From contig CAVUVW010000013.1 in the NCBI GenBank assembly GCA_963745035.1, forward strand, positions 128,001 to 192,000: a DNA stretch of 64,000 bases. The letters run 5' to 3'. Shown in pieces: positions 1 through 10,472 of this stretch. The notes beneath the pieces were generated by a model. It had not been told where the DNA came from. It did not search any database and was given only the letters and a program-made list of their open reading frames with translations. A program made the position numbers and the translations under genes. How positions within the stretch are numbered: position 1 is the stretch's first letter; every line of letters begins with the position of its first letter. Source of the stretch: an uncultured delta proteobacterium (lineage in GTDB: Bacteria > Desulfobacterota > Binatia > UBA9968).

Positions 1-126
1 ACTTTCGCCGAAGGCATGGTCGGCTACGGCTCGGCGATCGCCGTGACCGTATTTTTGTTGTCGCTGGCGCTGGCACTGGTTTATTTGCGCGCGCTCTCGT
101 CGAGCCGGTTGCGTGAGGCAAATTAA
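1..126 (+). CDS. Carbohydrate ABC transporter permease, C-terminal fragment (truncated by window)
   Basis: Frame 1 reads TFAEGMVGYGSAIAVTVFLLSLALALVYLR...* (MalF/UgpA-type ending GYGSA); its TAA overlaps the next ATG (TAATG). Confidence 0.8.
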   Translation, partial: TFAEGMVGYGSAIAVTVFLLSLALALVYLRALSSSRLREAN

Positions 127-942
127 TGAAGCGCACTACCGCGATTGTGCTGTTCGCCGCGCTCATCACGCTGTATTGCCTGCTGCCGTTTCTTTGGTTT
201 GTTTTGACTTCGCTCAAGACCAGCGCCGAACTGGCGGCGATTCCCCCGGTGTGGATTCCATCGTTTCATTTGAGCTTCTACGAGTCCGCCCTGCGCGAGT
301 ACGGTTTGCTTCACTATCTGGTCAACAGCGTTCTGGTTGCCGGTTCGGCGACCCTGGTAACGATCATGCGTCGCTTCGCTCGCGGCCTACGCCATCGCCC
401 GCTTTGACTTGCCGTGGACCCGTTTCTACCTGCTTCTGTTGCTGGCCATTTCCATGTTCCCGCAGATCGCCATTGCCGGGCCGGTGTGGAAGATCCTCGA
501 TCGCCTGGCGTGGCTCAACACCTACCACGGCCTGGTCGCCGCCTATATCGCGCTGTCTCTGCCGCTGGCGATCTGGATTCTCACGACATTCTTTCGCGAA
601 GTGCCCAACGAGATCGAGGAGGCGGCGTTGATCGACGGCTGCAGCCGTCTTCAGGTGCTCTACAAAGTCGTTTTGCCGCTTGCCGCGCCGGGCATCTTCA
701 CCGCTGCGCTGCTGGTTTTTATCCACGCCTGGAACGAATTCTTTTTCGCGCTGATCATCATGACCGATCCGACCGTGCAGACTTTGCCGGTCGGCATCGC
801 GCTTTTTCCCGGAGAATACACCATGCCGTGGGGCGAAATTTCCGCCGCTTCGACAATCGCGACCATTCCGCTGATCCTGCTGACGTTAATTTTTCAGCGC
901 GGCATCGTGCGCGGTCTGTCGGCCGGCGCCGTAAAAGGTTAG
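126..942 (+). CDS. Carbohydrate ABC transporter permease (MalG/UgpE-like), frameshifted near 370-410
   Basis: ORFs 126..407 and 409..942 join; EAA loop EIEEAALIDGCS, AWNEFF and C-terminal RGLSAGAVKG. Confidence 0.9.
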
Positions 943-989
943 CATGGCACGTCAATGACAAAAACTTATTCTCGTTTTCGGGAGGTTCT

Positions 990-2078
990 ATCGCAGCGCT
1001 GGTCGTAAACAGACTCGCCAAACGGTTCGGTGCCAACGAAGTCCTGAAAGATATTTCCTTCGAGGTGGCCGATGGCGAGTTTTGCATCCTGCTCGGCCCC
1101 TCGGGCTGCGGCAAATCGACCGTGCTGCGGCTGATTGCCGGACTCGAACAGCCCAGCAGCGGCGAAATTTCGATCGACGGTGCACGGATCGACTACCAGC
1201 CGCCGCAAAAGCGCGACATCGCTTTCGTGTTTCAAAGCTACGCGCTTTATCCGCACATGACGGTGTTCGACAATCTCGCCTTCTCCTTGCGCTTGCGCGG
1301 CGTTCCGGCAACGGAGATCGCCGCAAAAGTGCGGGAGGCCGCCCAGCTCCTGGAAATCGAAAGTCTGTTAGAGCGCCGGCCGCAGGCGCTGAGCGGTGGC
1401 CAGCGCCAGCGCGTCGCGCTCGGCCGGGCGATCGTACGCCGGCCGAAAATTTTTCTCTTCGACGAGCCGCTGTCGAATCTCGACGCCGCGCTGCGCGCGA
1501 CCATGCGTGTCGAGTTGGCGCGGCTGCACCGCCGCCTCGGTGCGACAATCGTTTTCGTCACCCACGATCAGGCCGAAGCGCTCACCTTGGGCGAGAAGAT
1601 CGTGGTTCTCGACCGCGGCATAATTCAGCAGATCGGCGCGCCGTCGGAGATCTATCACCGGCCGGCTAATGTCATGGTGGCGCGCTTCGTCGGCAGCCCA
1701 CAGATGAATTTTTTCGAGGGGCAACTGGACGCCGCGGGCGTGATCTTTCATGTCGGCGGTCTGGATTTAAAATTGACCGATCGCATGAAAAGCGTCTTGG
1801 CACAATTCGCCGGCAAGCCTGTGACGATCGGCGTACGCCCTGAGGATTTCACCCCGGCTGACGCGGAGAAAGGCTGGCTCGGCGGGGAGATCGAGCTGAT
1901 CGAGGATCTCGGATCGGACCGCTTTCTGCACGTTAAATGCCGCGGCATCGACGTAGTGGCGCGCGCCGGCCGGGAAGGACAGTTCCGCGCTGGCGAGCGC
2001 ATCGGTCTGGATGTCGAGATCGAGCACATGCATTTCTTTTACGATAGCAAACGGCTGGAATTAGCCGGTGGCGTTTGA
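990..2078 (+). CDS. Sugar ABC transporter ATP-binding protein (MalK/UgpC family); start uncertain
   Basis: Walker A GPSGCGKST, LSGGQRQR, Walker B FLFDEPLSNLD, C-terminal TOBE-like region; GGAGG at 981-985. Confidence 0.9.
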   Translation: MAALVVNRLAKRFGANEVLKDISFEVADGEFCILLGPSGCGKSTVLRLIAGLEQPSSGEISIDGARIDYQPPQKRDIAFVFQSYALYPHMTVFDNLAFSLRLRGVPATEIAAKVREAAQLLEIESLLERRPQALSGGQRQRVALGRAIVRRPKIFLFDEPLSNLDAALRATMRVELARLHRRLGATIVFVTHDQAEALTLGEKIVVLDRGIIQQIGAPSEIYHRPANVMVARFVGSPQMNFFEGQLDAAGVIFHVGGLDLKLTDRMKSVLAQFAGKPVTIGVRPEDFTPADAEKGWLGGEIELIEDLGSDRFLHVKCRGIDVVARAGREGQFRAGERIGLDVEIEHMHFFYDSKRLELAGGV

Positions 2079-2133
2079 GTTTTCACGCCGATCGTTATAA
2101 CCGGAACTCAAACACCTCGCTGGAGGCGGAATC

Positions 2134-2847
2134 ATGAAAATTATCAATCGCGACTTGACTGCCGACAAAGACGGCGTGCCCGGCTACCTGGCTCATGCGG
2201 ACCGCAAAGAACCGGGACCTGGCGTGATGATCGTGCATCATCATTACGGCGTCACCGGCAACATGAAGGTCAACGTCTGCAACTTCGCCAAGCTCGGCTA
2301 TACGACGTTGGTCCCCGACCTTTACAAAATGCTCGGCGAATCCGACGGCGTCCATGAAGCGCAAAAGAAAACCACCGACAGCCAGTTTTGCGAGATCCTG
2401 AACACCTCGTGGCGCTACCTGACGAGCCGTCCGGAAGTCGATGCCAAACGCTGCGCCGTGGTCGGTTACTGCATGGGCGGGCGCATCGGCATTCACTTTG
2501 TCGCCGCGACCCCGAGCGTGCGCGCCTTCGTCGGCTACTATCCGTCGGTGCGCGACGAGGGGCCGAGCCAACTAAGACCGCGCCATCCCAACGAAGCGGT
2601 GAAGGATTTCAAATGCCCGTCGCAGATTTTTTTCGGCGCCCATGACCACGTCGCCAGCATAGAGGTGCAGCAAAAATTGATGGCGAGCTTGCAAGCCAAC
2701 GGCCAGCCGCTCGACTGGCACTTCTTTCATCGCGTCGGTCACGGCTTCGCCATGGCCGACGGCGACTGCTACGATCCCAAGCTGGCCGAGGCCGCTTGGA
2801 CGCTCACAGCGGATTTTCTGGCAAGGGAGCTGGAAACCGAATCGTGA
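2134..2847 (+). CDS. Dienelactone hydrolase family protein
   Basis: Nucleophile motif GYCMGG, GAHDH and GHGF; GGAGG RBS. Confidence 0.85.
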   Translation: MKIINRDLTADKDGVPGYLAHADRKEPGPGVMIVHHHYGVTGNMKVNVCNFAKLGYTTLVPDLYKMLGESDGVHEAQKKTTDSQFCEILNTSWRYLTSRPEVDAKRCAVVGYCMGGRIGIHFVAATPSVRAFVGYYPSVRDEGPSQLRPRHPNEAVKDFKCPSQIFFGAHDHVASIEVQQKLMASLQANGQPLDWHFFHRVGHGFAMADGDCYDPKLAEAAWTLTADFLARELETES

Positions 2848-2934
2848 GTGAGGCCCGCTCGATTTTCTAGAAGAGGTTGCCTTGATTCATCATCCTCAAC
2901 GATGACTGAGTCCAATGTTACCAAATCACCCGGA

Positions 2935-3007
2935 TGTCATGCCGAGCAAAAGCGCAGCATCTCACAGCTTACTAAAGCAGATTCTTCGCCTACGGCTCAG
3001 AATGACA
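2935..3007. repeat. REP-like palindromic intergenic element
   Basis: TGTCATGCCGAGC...AGATTCTTCGCCTACGGCTCAGAATGACA; complementary ends, lying between convergent genes. Confidence 0.7.
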
Positions 3008-3061
3008 TTCTACGAGATGAACGATCCGCTCAATTGGTCCGATGCTGGCGAGAGCTCCGCA

Positions 3062-3529
3062 TCAAGACAGCGGATAAATAAAATTGACCGCCTCGCTGCG
3101 CTCGCGCCAGCCGGCTTTGCTGTAGAACTGCCGCTGATACGACTCCCGATTACGCAGGTTGGTCAACGAGAGACGTTGGCAGCCTCGCACTCGCGCTTCT
3201 TTTTCAACTGCGCCGAGCAGTTCCCGCCCGATGCCTCGCCCGCGCGCCGCCGCACTGACGAACAATTCCGAAACATATCCTTCCGGCCCAGGCATGAAGA
3301 GATACGGCAGCCAGTGTACCGAGCCGTAGGCCACGATCTTTCCATCGGTATCCTCAGCGACCAAAACCAGATGGCTGTCATCCACCAGGCATTGCTCCAA
3401 GCGCGCCCTCACCTGCTCGGTCAACGCGTTCAGCTCGCCGCCGTTGAAGGCATCGAACCAGCCGATTCCCCGTAGGAGAAGCGCGAGCTCGCGCGCGTCC
3501 CCGACAGTGGCTTTTCTGATTACCGTCAT
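3062..3529 (-). CDS. GNAT family N-acetyltransferase
   Basis: IRKAT start, motif A VSELFVSAAARGRGIGRELL, FYSKAGW. Confidence 0.9.
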   Translation of the reverse strand: MTVIRKATVGDARELALLLRGIGWFDAFNGGELNALTEQVRARLEQCLVDDSHLVLVAEDTDGKIVAYGSVHWLPYLFMPGPEGYVSELFVSAAARGRGIGRELLGAVEKEARVRGCQRLSLTNLRNRESYQRQFYSKAGWRERSEAVNFIYPLS

Positions 3530-3652
3530 CCGAGACTCCTATTTACAAGAATGAATCGCGCACCAAAATGACTATCTCCCTGCAGTCCGCAAATTTCGTT
3601 CGAAGTCAGAGTCTCCGAGAACTTGCTACCGGCAGAAAGAGCAAATGACGAG

Positions 3653-4829
3653 CTAAATAATCCCCTGCTCCTTGAGTTCCGCGAGTTTCTGATCGCTGTA
3701 ACCGAGCGGCTTGAGATATTCGCCGTTGTGCTCTCCGAGCTCGGGGGGCGGGAGCGGATGGGGATTTTTCGTGTCGCTGTATTCGTTGGGAAAAGCCACG
3801 GTTCGGATCGTCGGTTTCTCCTTGCGCTCGATCGTGATTTCCAAACCCATATGTTTAATCTGCGGATCCTGGAACACTTCCTGCAAATTATAAACCGGCG
3901 TGTGCGGCACGTCGTTGGCTTCGAGCTGCTCCATCCAATACGCGCGCGGCTTCTCTCTAAAAAATTCCGCGAAGACTCCGGCGAGCTCGTTGTAGTTCTT
4001 CCGCCGGTTCGGCCGCGTATTGAAGCGCGGGTCGTCGATCAGCTCGGGATGGCCCGCGGCATTGCACAAACCTTCCCAGAATTTTTGCGGGGAGGAGAGA
4101 TGAATGGCGAACGGCAAGCCGTCCGAACCGCTGAACGCGTAGGTCTGCGACTGCATCGGCCGTGTGTACGGTCCAGGTATCCTTCCGGTAGCGAGCGCAT
4201 CGGTGGCCGGTGCGATCAAGAATGCGAGAGTCGAACCGGCCATGGTCGTGTCGACCTGCTGTCCTTTACCGGTTTTCGCTCGAGCGGCGATTGCGCCAAG
4301 CACACCGATGCAGGCAAACATGCCGCTCAAGCTGTCGGCGTAGTTCGGCCCGATCGGACGTGGATCTTTCGCGTCCATCAACAAACTCAGCATGCCGCCG
4401 AGCCCTTGGCCGACGGTGTCGTAAGCCGGCCGCTTCACATACGGCCCGGTCGGGCCCGGTGCCGGTGATCGAGAGATAAATGACGCCCGGATTGGTTTTG
4501 CTGACGGTATCGTAATCGATGCCAAGTTTCTTCATGACGCCGGGCCGGTAGTTGTCGAGAACCACATCGGCTTTGTTGGCCAACGCCAAAAAGATTTCTT
4601 TTCCTTCGGGAGTCTGCAAATTCAAAGTGATGCTCTTCTTGCCTCGATTGTACGCCCAGAAATTCGGCTGATCGCCGCCCAAATCCCAACCACGAAACGG
4701 ATCGCCGCCCTTGGGATTCTCGATTTTGATCACTTCCGCGCCCATGTCGGCGAGCAGCATCGCGCCGTAGGGCCCCGAGATAAAATTTCCCAGCTCCAAG
4801 ACTTTGATGCCTTCCAGACAACCGTTCAT
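3653..4829 (-). CDS. Family III (CaiB/BaiF) CoA-transferase, copy 1; frameshift near 4455
   Basis: LEGIKVLELGNFISGPYGAMLLADMGAEVIKIE, NRGKKS, catalytic-Asp region GPNYADSLSG, PPPELGEHN. Confidence 0.9.
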
Positions 4830-4899
4830 CCTTGCTCCTCGATAGTGGTTTTCGTCACCAACCGTCGGGCGATTCCCCCCTTACGCAAATGTGCACGAA

Positions 4900-6076
4900 T
4901 CAGATCACACCTTTGTCCTTGAACTCCGCGATCTTGTTTTCGTCATAGCCCAAAGATTTAAGGAACTCGTCGTTGTCCTCGCCGAGCTCGGGCGGCGGCG
5001 TGGGATGCGCCGACGGAGTCTCGCTGTAGCTCAGAGGAAATTTCACCGTGCGGATGGTCGGCTTGTCGCTGCGCTCGATTGCGATCTCCATGCCCATGTG
5101 CCGCACCTGCGGATCGTCGAAGACTTCCTTCAAATTATAAACCGGCGTGTGCGGCACGTCGTTAGCTTCCAGCCGCTCGATCCAGTGCGCGCGAGGCTTT
5201 TCCTTGAAAAACACCGCAAACGTCTTGTTGAGTTCATCGTAATTGGCGCGCCGGTCCGGCCGGGTCTTGAAACGCGGGTCTTCGATCATCTCGGGATGAT
5301 CGACCGACTTGCACAAACCTTCCCAGAATTTTTGCGGCGACGATAAGTGAATCGCCAGCATGGCGCCGTCGGCGCACGCAAAGGCGTAGGTCTGCGACTG
5401 GCGCGGCCGGGTGTACGGCCCGGGCACACGGCCGTGCGCGAGCGTCTCCGTCGCCGGCGCGTTCAGGAACGCTAGGATCGAGCCGACCATGGTGGCATCC
5501 ACCTGTTGTCCTTTGCCGGTCCGGTTGCGCGCCATCAACGCACCGAGAACGCCTAACGCGGAAAACATGCCGCTCAGACAGTCGGCGTACGCGGGGCCCA
5601 CCGGTTTGGGATTTTGCGGGTCCATCAACACGCTCATCATGCCGCCCATGCCCTGGCCGACCGTGTCATAGGCCGGTCGCTTCACGTAAGGCCCGGACGG
5701 ACCGGTGCCGGTAATCGAGCAGCAAACGATTTTCGGGTTGATTTTTTTCAAGCTGTCGAAGTCGATGCCGAGTTTCTGGGTGACGCCGGGGCGGTAGTTG
5801 TCCATCACCACGTCGGCGTCTTTGACCAGGCCGTAGAAAATTTCCTTTCCCTCCGGCGTTTGCAGATTGAGGGTGACGCTTTTCTTGCCGCGATTGTATG
5901 CCCAGAAATTCGGTTGATCGCCGCCGAAATCCCAACCGCGAAACGGGTCCCCGCCCTTGGGATTTTCGACCTTGATCACCTCCGCGCCGAGATCCGCGAG
6001 CAACATCGCGCCGTACGGTCCGGAAATAAAATTCCCCAAGCTCCAAAACTCTGATGCCTTCCAAACATCCTGTCAT
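4900..6076 (-). CDS. Family III (CaiB/BaiF) CoA-transferase, copy 2; frameshift near 6035
   Basis: Same motifs (GPAYADCLSG, PPPELGED); closely similar to copy 1 along its length. Confidence 0.9.
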
Positions 6077-6214
6077 TCTTCTTCTCCTACTTTCTCTTTC
6101 TTGTCTTCTTGCCTTTCCTCACGCCTTCGCCTCAAGCCTCGCGCTTTGCTGTTGCCTGTTGCCTTTTGGATCGGATAAGAAGCTTTCTTATATCCCAATT
6201 CGCAGGAGCACAAG

Positions 6215-7582
6215 ATGGCGACGCCCCCGGCAGTCACCGATAAATTGGCTGAGTTCGTTACGGACACAGAGTTTGCCGCGATTTCCCCAACGACGCGCGC
6301 CAACGCCAAGCTGCATATTCTCGACACCTTCGGCGTGGCGCTCGCCGGCGTCGACCAACCGGCCGCGAAGATCGCGCTCGATTACTGCGCCAAACTCGGC
6401 GCCTCGCAGGAAGCATCGGTGTGGGGCGCGCCGCAAAAGGCATCGGTCTCGACGGCGGCCTTCGCCAACGGCCTGCTCGCTCATGCGCTCGATTTCGACG
6501 ATTGGGACGCGTTCATTCACGTCGGCCATCCGACCAGCATGTTGCTCGGCGCGGCGCTAAGTCTCGGCGAACACATCGACGCGTCCGGAGAAGAGTTGCT
6601 CAAAGCCTACGTGCTCGGCATCGAGGTCATCTGTAAACTTGCAGCGAATTGCCCTAACGTGCAAGACCGCGGATTTCACAGCACGCCGGTATGGGGCAGC
6701 CTCGGTGCCGCCGTCGCCTGCGCGAGTTTATTGAAACTGGATGCGGAAAAATTGAAAGTTGCCCTCGGCATCGCCGCTTCTGCCGCCGGCGGCATCCATC
6801 GCCAGCAAGGCTCGATGGTCAAACCGTTTCACGCTGGCAACGCCGCGCGCAACGGCGCCGAAGCCGCGCTGCTCGCCGCCGCGGGCTTCACCGCCGATAC
6901 GGCAATCCTCGAAGCGCCGCGCGGCTTTTGCGATACATTCTTCGGTCCCGGCGAGTGCGATTACGAAAAGATGATAGAAAATATCGGCAAGCCCTATTTT
7001 CTCGAATCGCCCGGCCTGGGCCTCAAATGGCACCCCTGCAGCGCGCCGCAGTTTCTCGCCGCCGACGCCGCGCTGCATTTGAAGCACGAGCACGGCATCC
7101 GCTACGAAGACGTGGCGCGCATGGAAGTCAATATTCCGCCGCTCCGCTACGCGCGCCACTACGCGCCCGAAGTCAAAACCGGCTTGCGCGGCAAATTCGC
7201 CATCAACTATGTCGTCGCCATGTGCATCCTGGATGGCAAGCTCGAGCTGGTAACGTTCACCGACGAGAAGGTCAACCAGCCCAAGGTTCAGGAAGCGCTC
7301 GGCAAAGTCACCGTTATTTGCGATGAAAGCATTCCCGAGCCTGGCCCCTATTGCCCAGTAACCGTCGAGCTCAAAAACGGCGTGCGCCACAGCTTCACCG
7401 CCAAACTCGCCAAAGGCCATCCTGAAAATCCCATGACGGAGAACGAAGTAATCGAAAAATTTCGTGGCAACGCGAACCTCCTGCTCTCAGATAGATCGAC
7501 CGATGAATTGATCAACCTGATGCAGCGAATGGAAACTCTCGACAACGTGAAGAGGCTTGCTCGTGCACTCACTCCTTCGTAG
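6215..7582 (+). CDS. MmgE/PrpD family protein
   Basis: AAFANGLLAHALDFDD, GHP, GFH, KPFHAG, KWHPC, KGHPENPM. Confidence 0.9.
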   Translation: MATPPAVTDKLAEFVTDTEFAAISPTTRANAKLHILDTFGVALAGVDQPAAKIALDYCAKLGASQEASVWGAPQKASVSTAAFANGLLAHALDFDDWDAFIHVGHPTSMLLGAALSLGEHIDASGEELLKAYVLGIEVICKLAANCPNVQDRGFHSTPVWGSLGAAVACASLLKLDAEKLKVALGIAASAAGGIHRQQGSMVKPFHAGNAARNGAEAALLAAAGFTADTAILEAPRGFCDTFFGPGECDYEKMIENIGKPYFLESPGLGLKWHPCSAPQFLAADAALHLKHEHGIRYEDVARMEVNIPPLRYARHYAPEVKTGLRGKFAINYVVAMCILDGKLELVTFTDEKVNQPKVQEALGKVTVICDESIPEPGPYCPVTVELKNGVRHSFTAKLAKGHPENPMTENEVIEKFRGNANLLLSDRSTDELINLMQRMETLDNVKRLARALTPS

Positions 7583-7733
7583 CGGATTGACGATTTGGGA
7601 AAATCGCGCGTCATGTAGTGCCAAGCGATTGTGGAGCAATTAGAGCACGTAAACAGGGCGAGTGTTTCCGAGATCCGCTACATAAACCGAACTTGCGTTT
7701 TTGAAGGCGATGCATCGCGCTCCATTTTTCATC

Positions 7734-8894
7734 CTAAGCAGTTTCTCTCAGCTTCCACGTAAGCGGCAGGGCAAGCGCGCACAAGCCGGCCATGATCCAG
7801 AATCCTTGGGCGCCCAGGCGCGCGTAAAGCATGCCCGAGGCAAATGTAACCAAGGCCACGGCTGCGCCAATGCCGACGGTGCCGTAGATCGCCTGGGCTG
7901 TTCCTTCGAGGCCTCGCGGTACGATGCGAGCGATAAGACGCATGCAGGCGAGATGCAGCAGCGCGAAAGTAATGCCGTGCAGCGGCTGCACCAGCGCAAG
8001 GGCGATCGCATCGGTGGTCTGCGCCGCCACCGTCCAGCGCAGCATGCCGGCCAGCGCCGCGACCGCGAGCGCGCCGGCCGGGGTGAGGCGCGTCACCAAC
8101 GTCGGACCAATGACGAAGAACACGAGAACTTCCGCGGCGACCGACTCCGACCAAAGCAAGCTCGCGGTAATTGGACTGATGCCCGCGGCGGTCCAGCGGA
8201 TCACCGCGAAGGCATCATGCATTGCGTGGCTGCCGAGGATGAGCGCCGCCACAAGGACAAGGCTGCGAAATCGCGGCAGCCGAAGCAGAAGAAGAACACC
8301 GCCGGCAGGCGAGCGCGCGGCGGCGGCTGGGTGATCGTGAGTTAACTCGGGTACCCACAATGCGGCAAACGCTGCCGCGCTCAGCAGCGATGCCTGCAAG
8401 ACGATGATCACTTCGAGACCAAATGCGTCCACCGCCTGTCCGGACAGCAAAGTGCCGGCGATGAAGACAGCCGAGCCGGTGCCGCGCACCCAGCCGTATT
8501 CGAATCCGTTGCGACCGCTGCGCGGCGGCGGAACAGCGGCTCCCAGCGCCAATGCGTCGGCCAGGATGGTGATCGGCGCCAGCGCGGCGGCATGCAGCAG
8601 GCTCATGACGAGCAAAGCCCAAAATCCATGCGCGCCGAGATAACCACCAGTCACTCCGGCGGCAAGCGCAATGCAGACGACGAGCACGACCCGAAGTCCC
8701 TGGATCAAGTCGCCGATGCGGCCCGCAAGCGGCGAAGTGACGAGCCGCACGGCCGTGCCCGCGCCGAGCACGAGTCCAAGCTGCTCGGGAGCCAGCCCAC
8801 GCGCGGTCAAAAAGGCCGGCAGAAACGGCGAAGCGACGCCGAACGCCGCGTACATCGCGGCATAGAGCAGAATAAATTTCGCCAGCGCCGGCAT
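7734..8894 (-). CDS. MFS transporter (HcaT/MFS_1-like)
   Basis: About 12 hydrophobic segments; YGWVRGTGS, SVAAEVLVF, QPLHGITFAL. Confidence 0.85.
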   Translation of the reverse strand: MPALAKFILLYAAMYAAFGVASPFLPAFLTARGLAPEQLGLVLGAGTAVRLVTSPLAGRIGDLIQGLRVVLVVCIALAAGVTGGYLGAHGFWALLVMSLLHAAALAPITILADALALGAAVPPPRSGRNGFEYGWVRGTGSAVFIAGTLLSGQAVDAFGLEVIIVLQASLLSAAAFAALWVPELTHDHPAAAARSPAGGVLLLLRLPRFRSLVLVAALILGSHAMHDAFAVIRWTAAGISPITASLLWSESVAAEVLVFFVIGPTLVTRLTPAGALAVAALAGMLRWTVAAQTTDAIALALVQPLHGITFALLHLACMRLIARIVPRGLEGTAQAIYGTVGIGAAVALVTFASGMLYARLGAQGFWIMAGLCALALPLTWKLRETA

Positions 8895-9080
8895 CAGACG
8901 AATCGATGGGACATCGAAGACAATCACTACCCACAATCAATGAATCATCCCGTTACACACTCTTGCAACAACCTCAGGCGCCCTTACAATTGGATTCCAA
9001 AGCCTGCTGGCGCCAAGGAACGTGCGCTTCCGAGGCACGGCATGTTGGATCAAGCCGAGCCTGATTCTGGAGGAAAACTC

Positions 9081-9488
9081 ATGTCGGAAACGATCGAAAT
9101 CGGCGCCGAACCGGCACCGTCTCTCGTTACCGTGGCGCACGTCGTCTATGCGCTGCACGCGCTCAGTCTTTTTATCGGCATCACGACCGCGGCGACGATC
9201 GTCGGCGCCTTTGTTTTCGGTCTGCCGTCCATCGGCGCCGTGGTCATCAACTACCTGAAGAGAGCGGAGGCGCGAGGGACGTTCCTCGAGTCGCACTTTC
9301 GCTGGCAGATTCGCACCTTCTGGTTCGCGCTGCTTTGGTTTCTCGTCGCCGCCATGCTCTTCGCTAGCTTCATCGGCATTCCGCTCGCGATTGCGGCTTT
9401 CATAGGCGTCGGTCTTTGGCTCATCTACCGGATCGCCCGCGGCTGGCTCGCGCTGCGCGACCGAAAACCGATGTACGCAAACCCATGA
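9081..9488 (+). CDS. Small membrane protein (DUF4870-like)
   Basis: GGAGG RBS; ESHFRWQIRTFW and WLIYRIARGWLAL signature; three TM segments. Confidence 0.75.
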   Translation: MSETIEIGAEPAPSLVTVAHVVYALHALSLFIGITTAATIVGAFVFGLPSIGAVVINYLKRAEARGTFLESHFRWQIRTFWFALLWFLVAAMLFASFIGIPLAIAAFIGVGLWLIYRIARGWLALRDRKPMYANP

Positions 9489-9569
9489 TCGCCCGACTCC
9501 CCCGAATCCCGAATCTGATCTGCGCCCGTCGTCGATTGTGAATTCGATACAGATTCGGCAACTCAGCTC

Positions 9570-10376
9570 ATGACAGCACGCTCGCTCACTTCGCTCGCGC
9601 TCGCTTCGCTCTCGGCGTTTCTCGCTTTCCAGCTGTGGACGATCACGCCGGCCTTTTCCTGGTTCGACAAAGGTCATCGGATCGTCGGGTTGATCGCCCA
9701 GGCGCACCTCACCGCCGAGGCGCGCGCGGAGATGGAAAAGATTTTTCCCGCAAACATGACCTTGGCGGACGCGGCAATCTGGCCGGATCATGAAGGGCGC
9801 AGCATACGCGACTTCGATCCCCTCCACTACGTCAGCATTCCTGAGACGGCCGCCGGCTACGACCAAGCGCGCGATTGCCCGGAGCGAAACTGCATGGTCG
9901 AAGCGCTCCGCTGGTTTTCAGAGATCGTAGCCGACAAGAATGCGCCGACAATGGCAAGGAGACTCTCGCTTTACTACATCGCCCATCTGGTGGGCGATAT
10001 GCACCAACCGCTGCACGCCGGCAGGATCATAGACCGGGGCGGTACGGAGTTCCCTGTGTCTTACCAGGGCCGGTCGACCAATCTGCACTTCTTTTGGGAC
10101 CGAGACTTGGTCGACCTGGAAATTGGCACCGAAGAGGAAATCGCCATGCGCCTAACGGCGGACCTCCGTGACGAGGAACGGCGAAAATGGCAGTCCGGCG
10201 ACCCCGTACAGTGGACCAACGAATCGTTGGTGCTCGTCCGCTCCCACGGCTACAACATCGGACCATCCAGCGAAATCTCCGACGACTACGTCGAAAAGGC
10301 CCGCCCAATCGTCCGCACAAGAATGACGCAAGCGGGGCTCAGGTTAGCTTGGCTGTTGAATATTGCATTGAAGTAA
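9570..10376 (+). CDS. Secreted S1/P1 nuclease
   Basis: Signal peptide followed by W-x-x-x-GH (WFDKGH), WPD, HLVGDMHQPLH, NLHFFWD, AGLRLA. Confidence 0.92.
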   Translation: MTARSLTSLALASLSAFLAFQLWTITPAFSWFDKGHRIVGLIAQAHLTAEARAEMEKIFPANMTLADAAIWPDHEGRSIRDFDPLHYVSIPETAAGYDQARDCPERNCMVEALRWFSEIVADKNAPTMARRLSLYYIAHLVGDMHQPLHAGRIIDRGGTEFPVSYQGRSTNLHFFWDRDLVDLEIGTEEEIAMRLTADLRDEERRKWQSGDPVQWTNESLVLVRSHGYNIGPSSEISDDYVEKARPIVRTRMTQAGLRLAWLLNIALK

Positions 10377-10472
10377 AGATCGCCTGGTTCGCTGTTCACA
10401 AACGCGGCGCCCGAACGTCAAACCTCTCTGGTGGCGCCGTCCGTCAAGCCGATGCGCCAAGGAGGACGTCGT

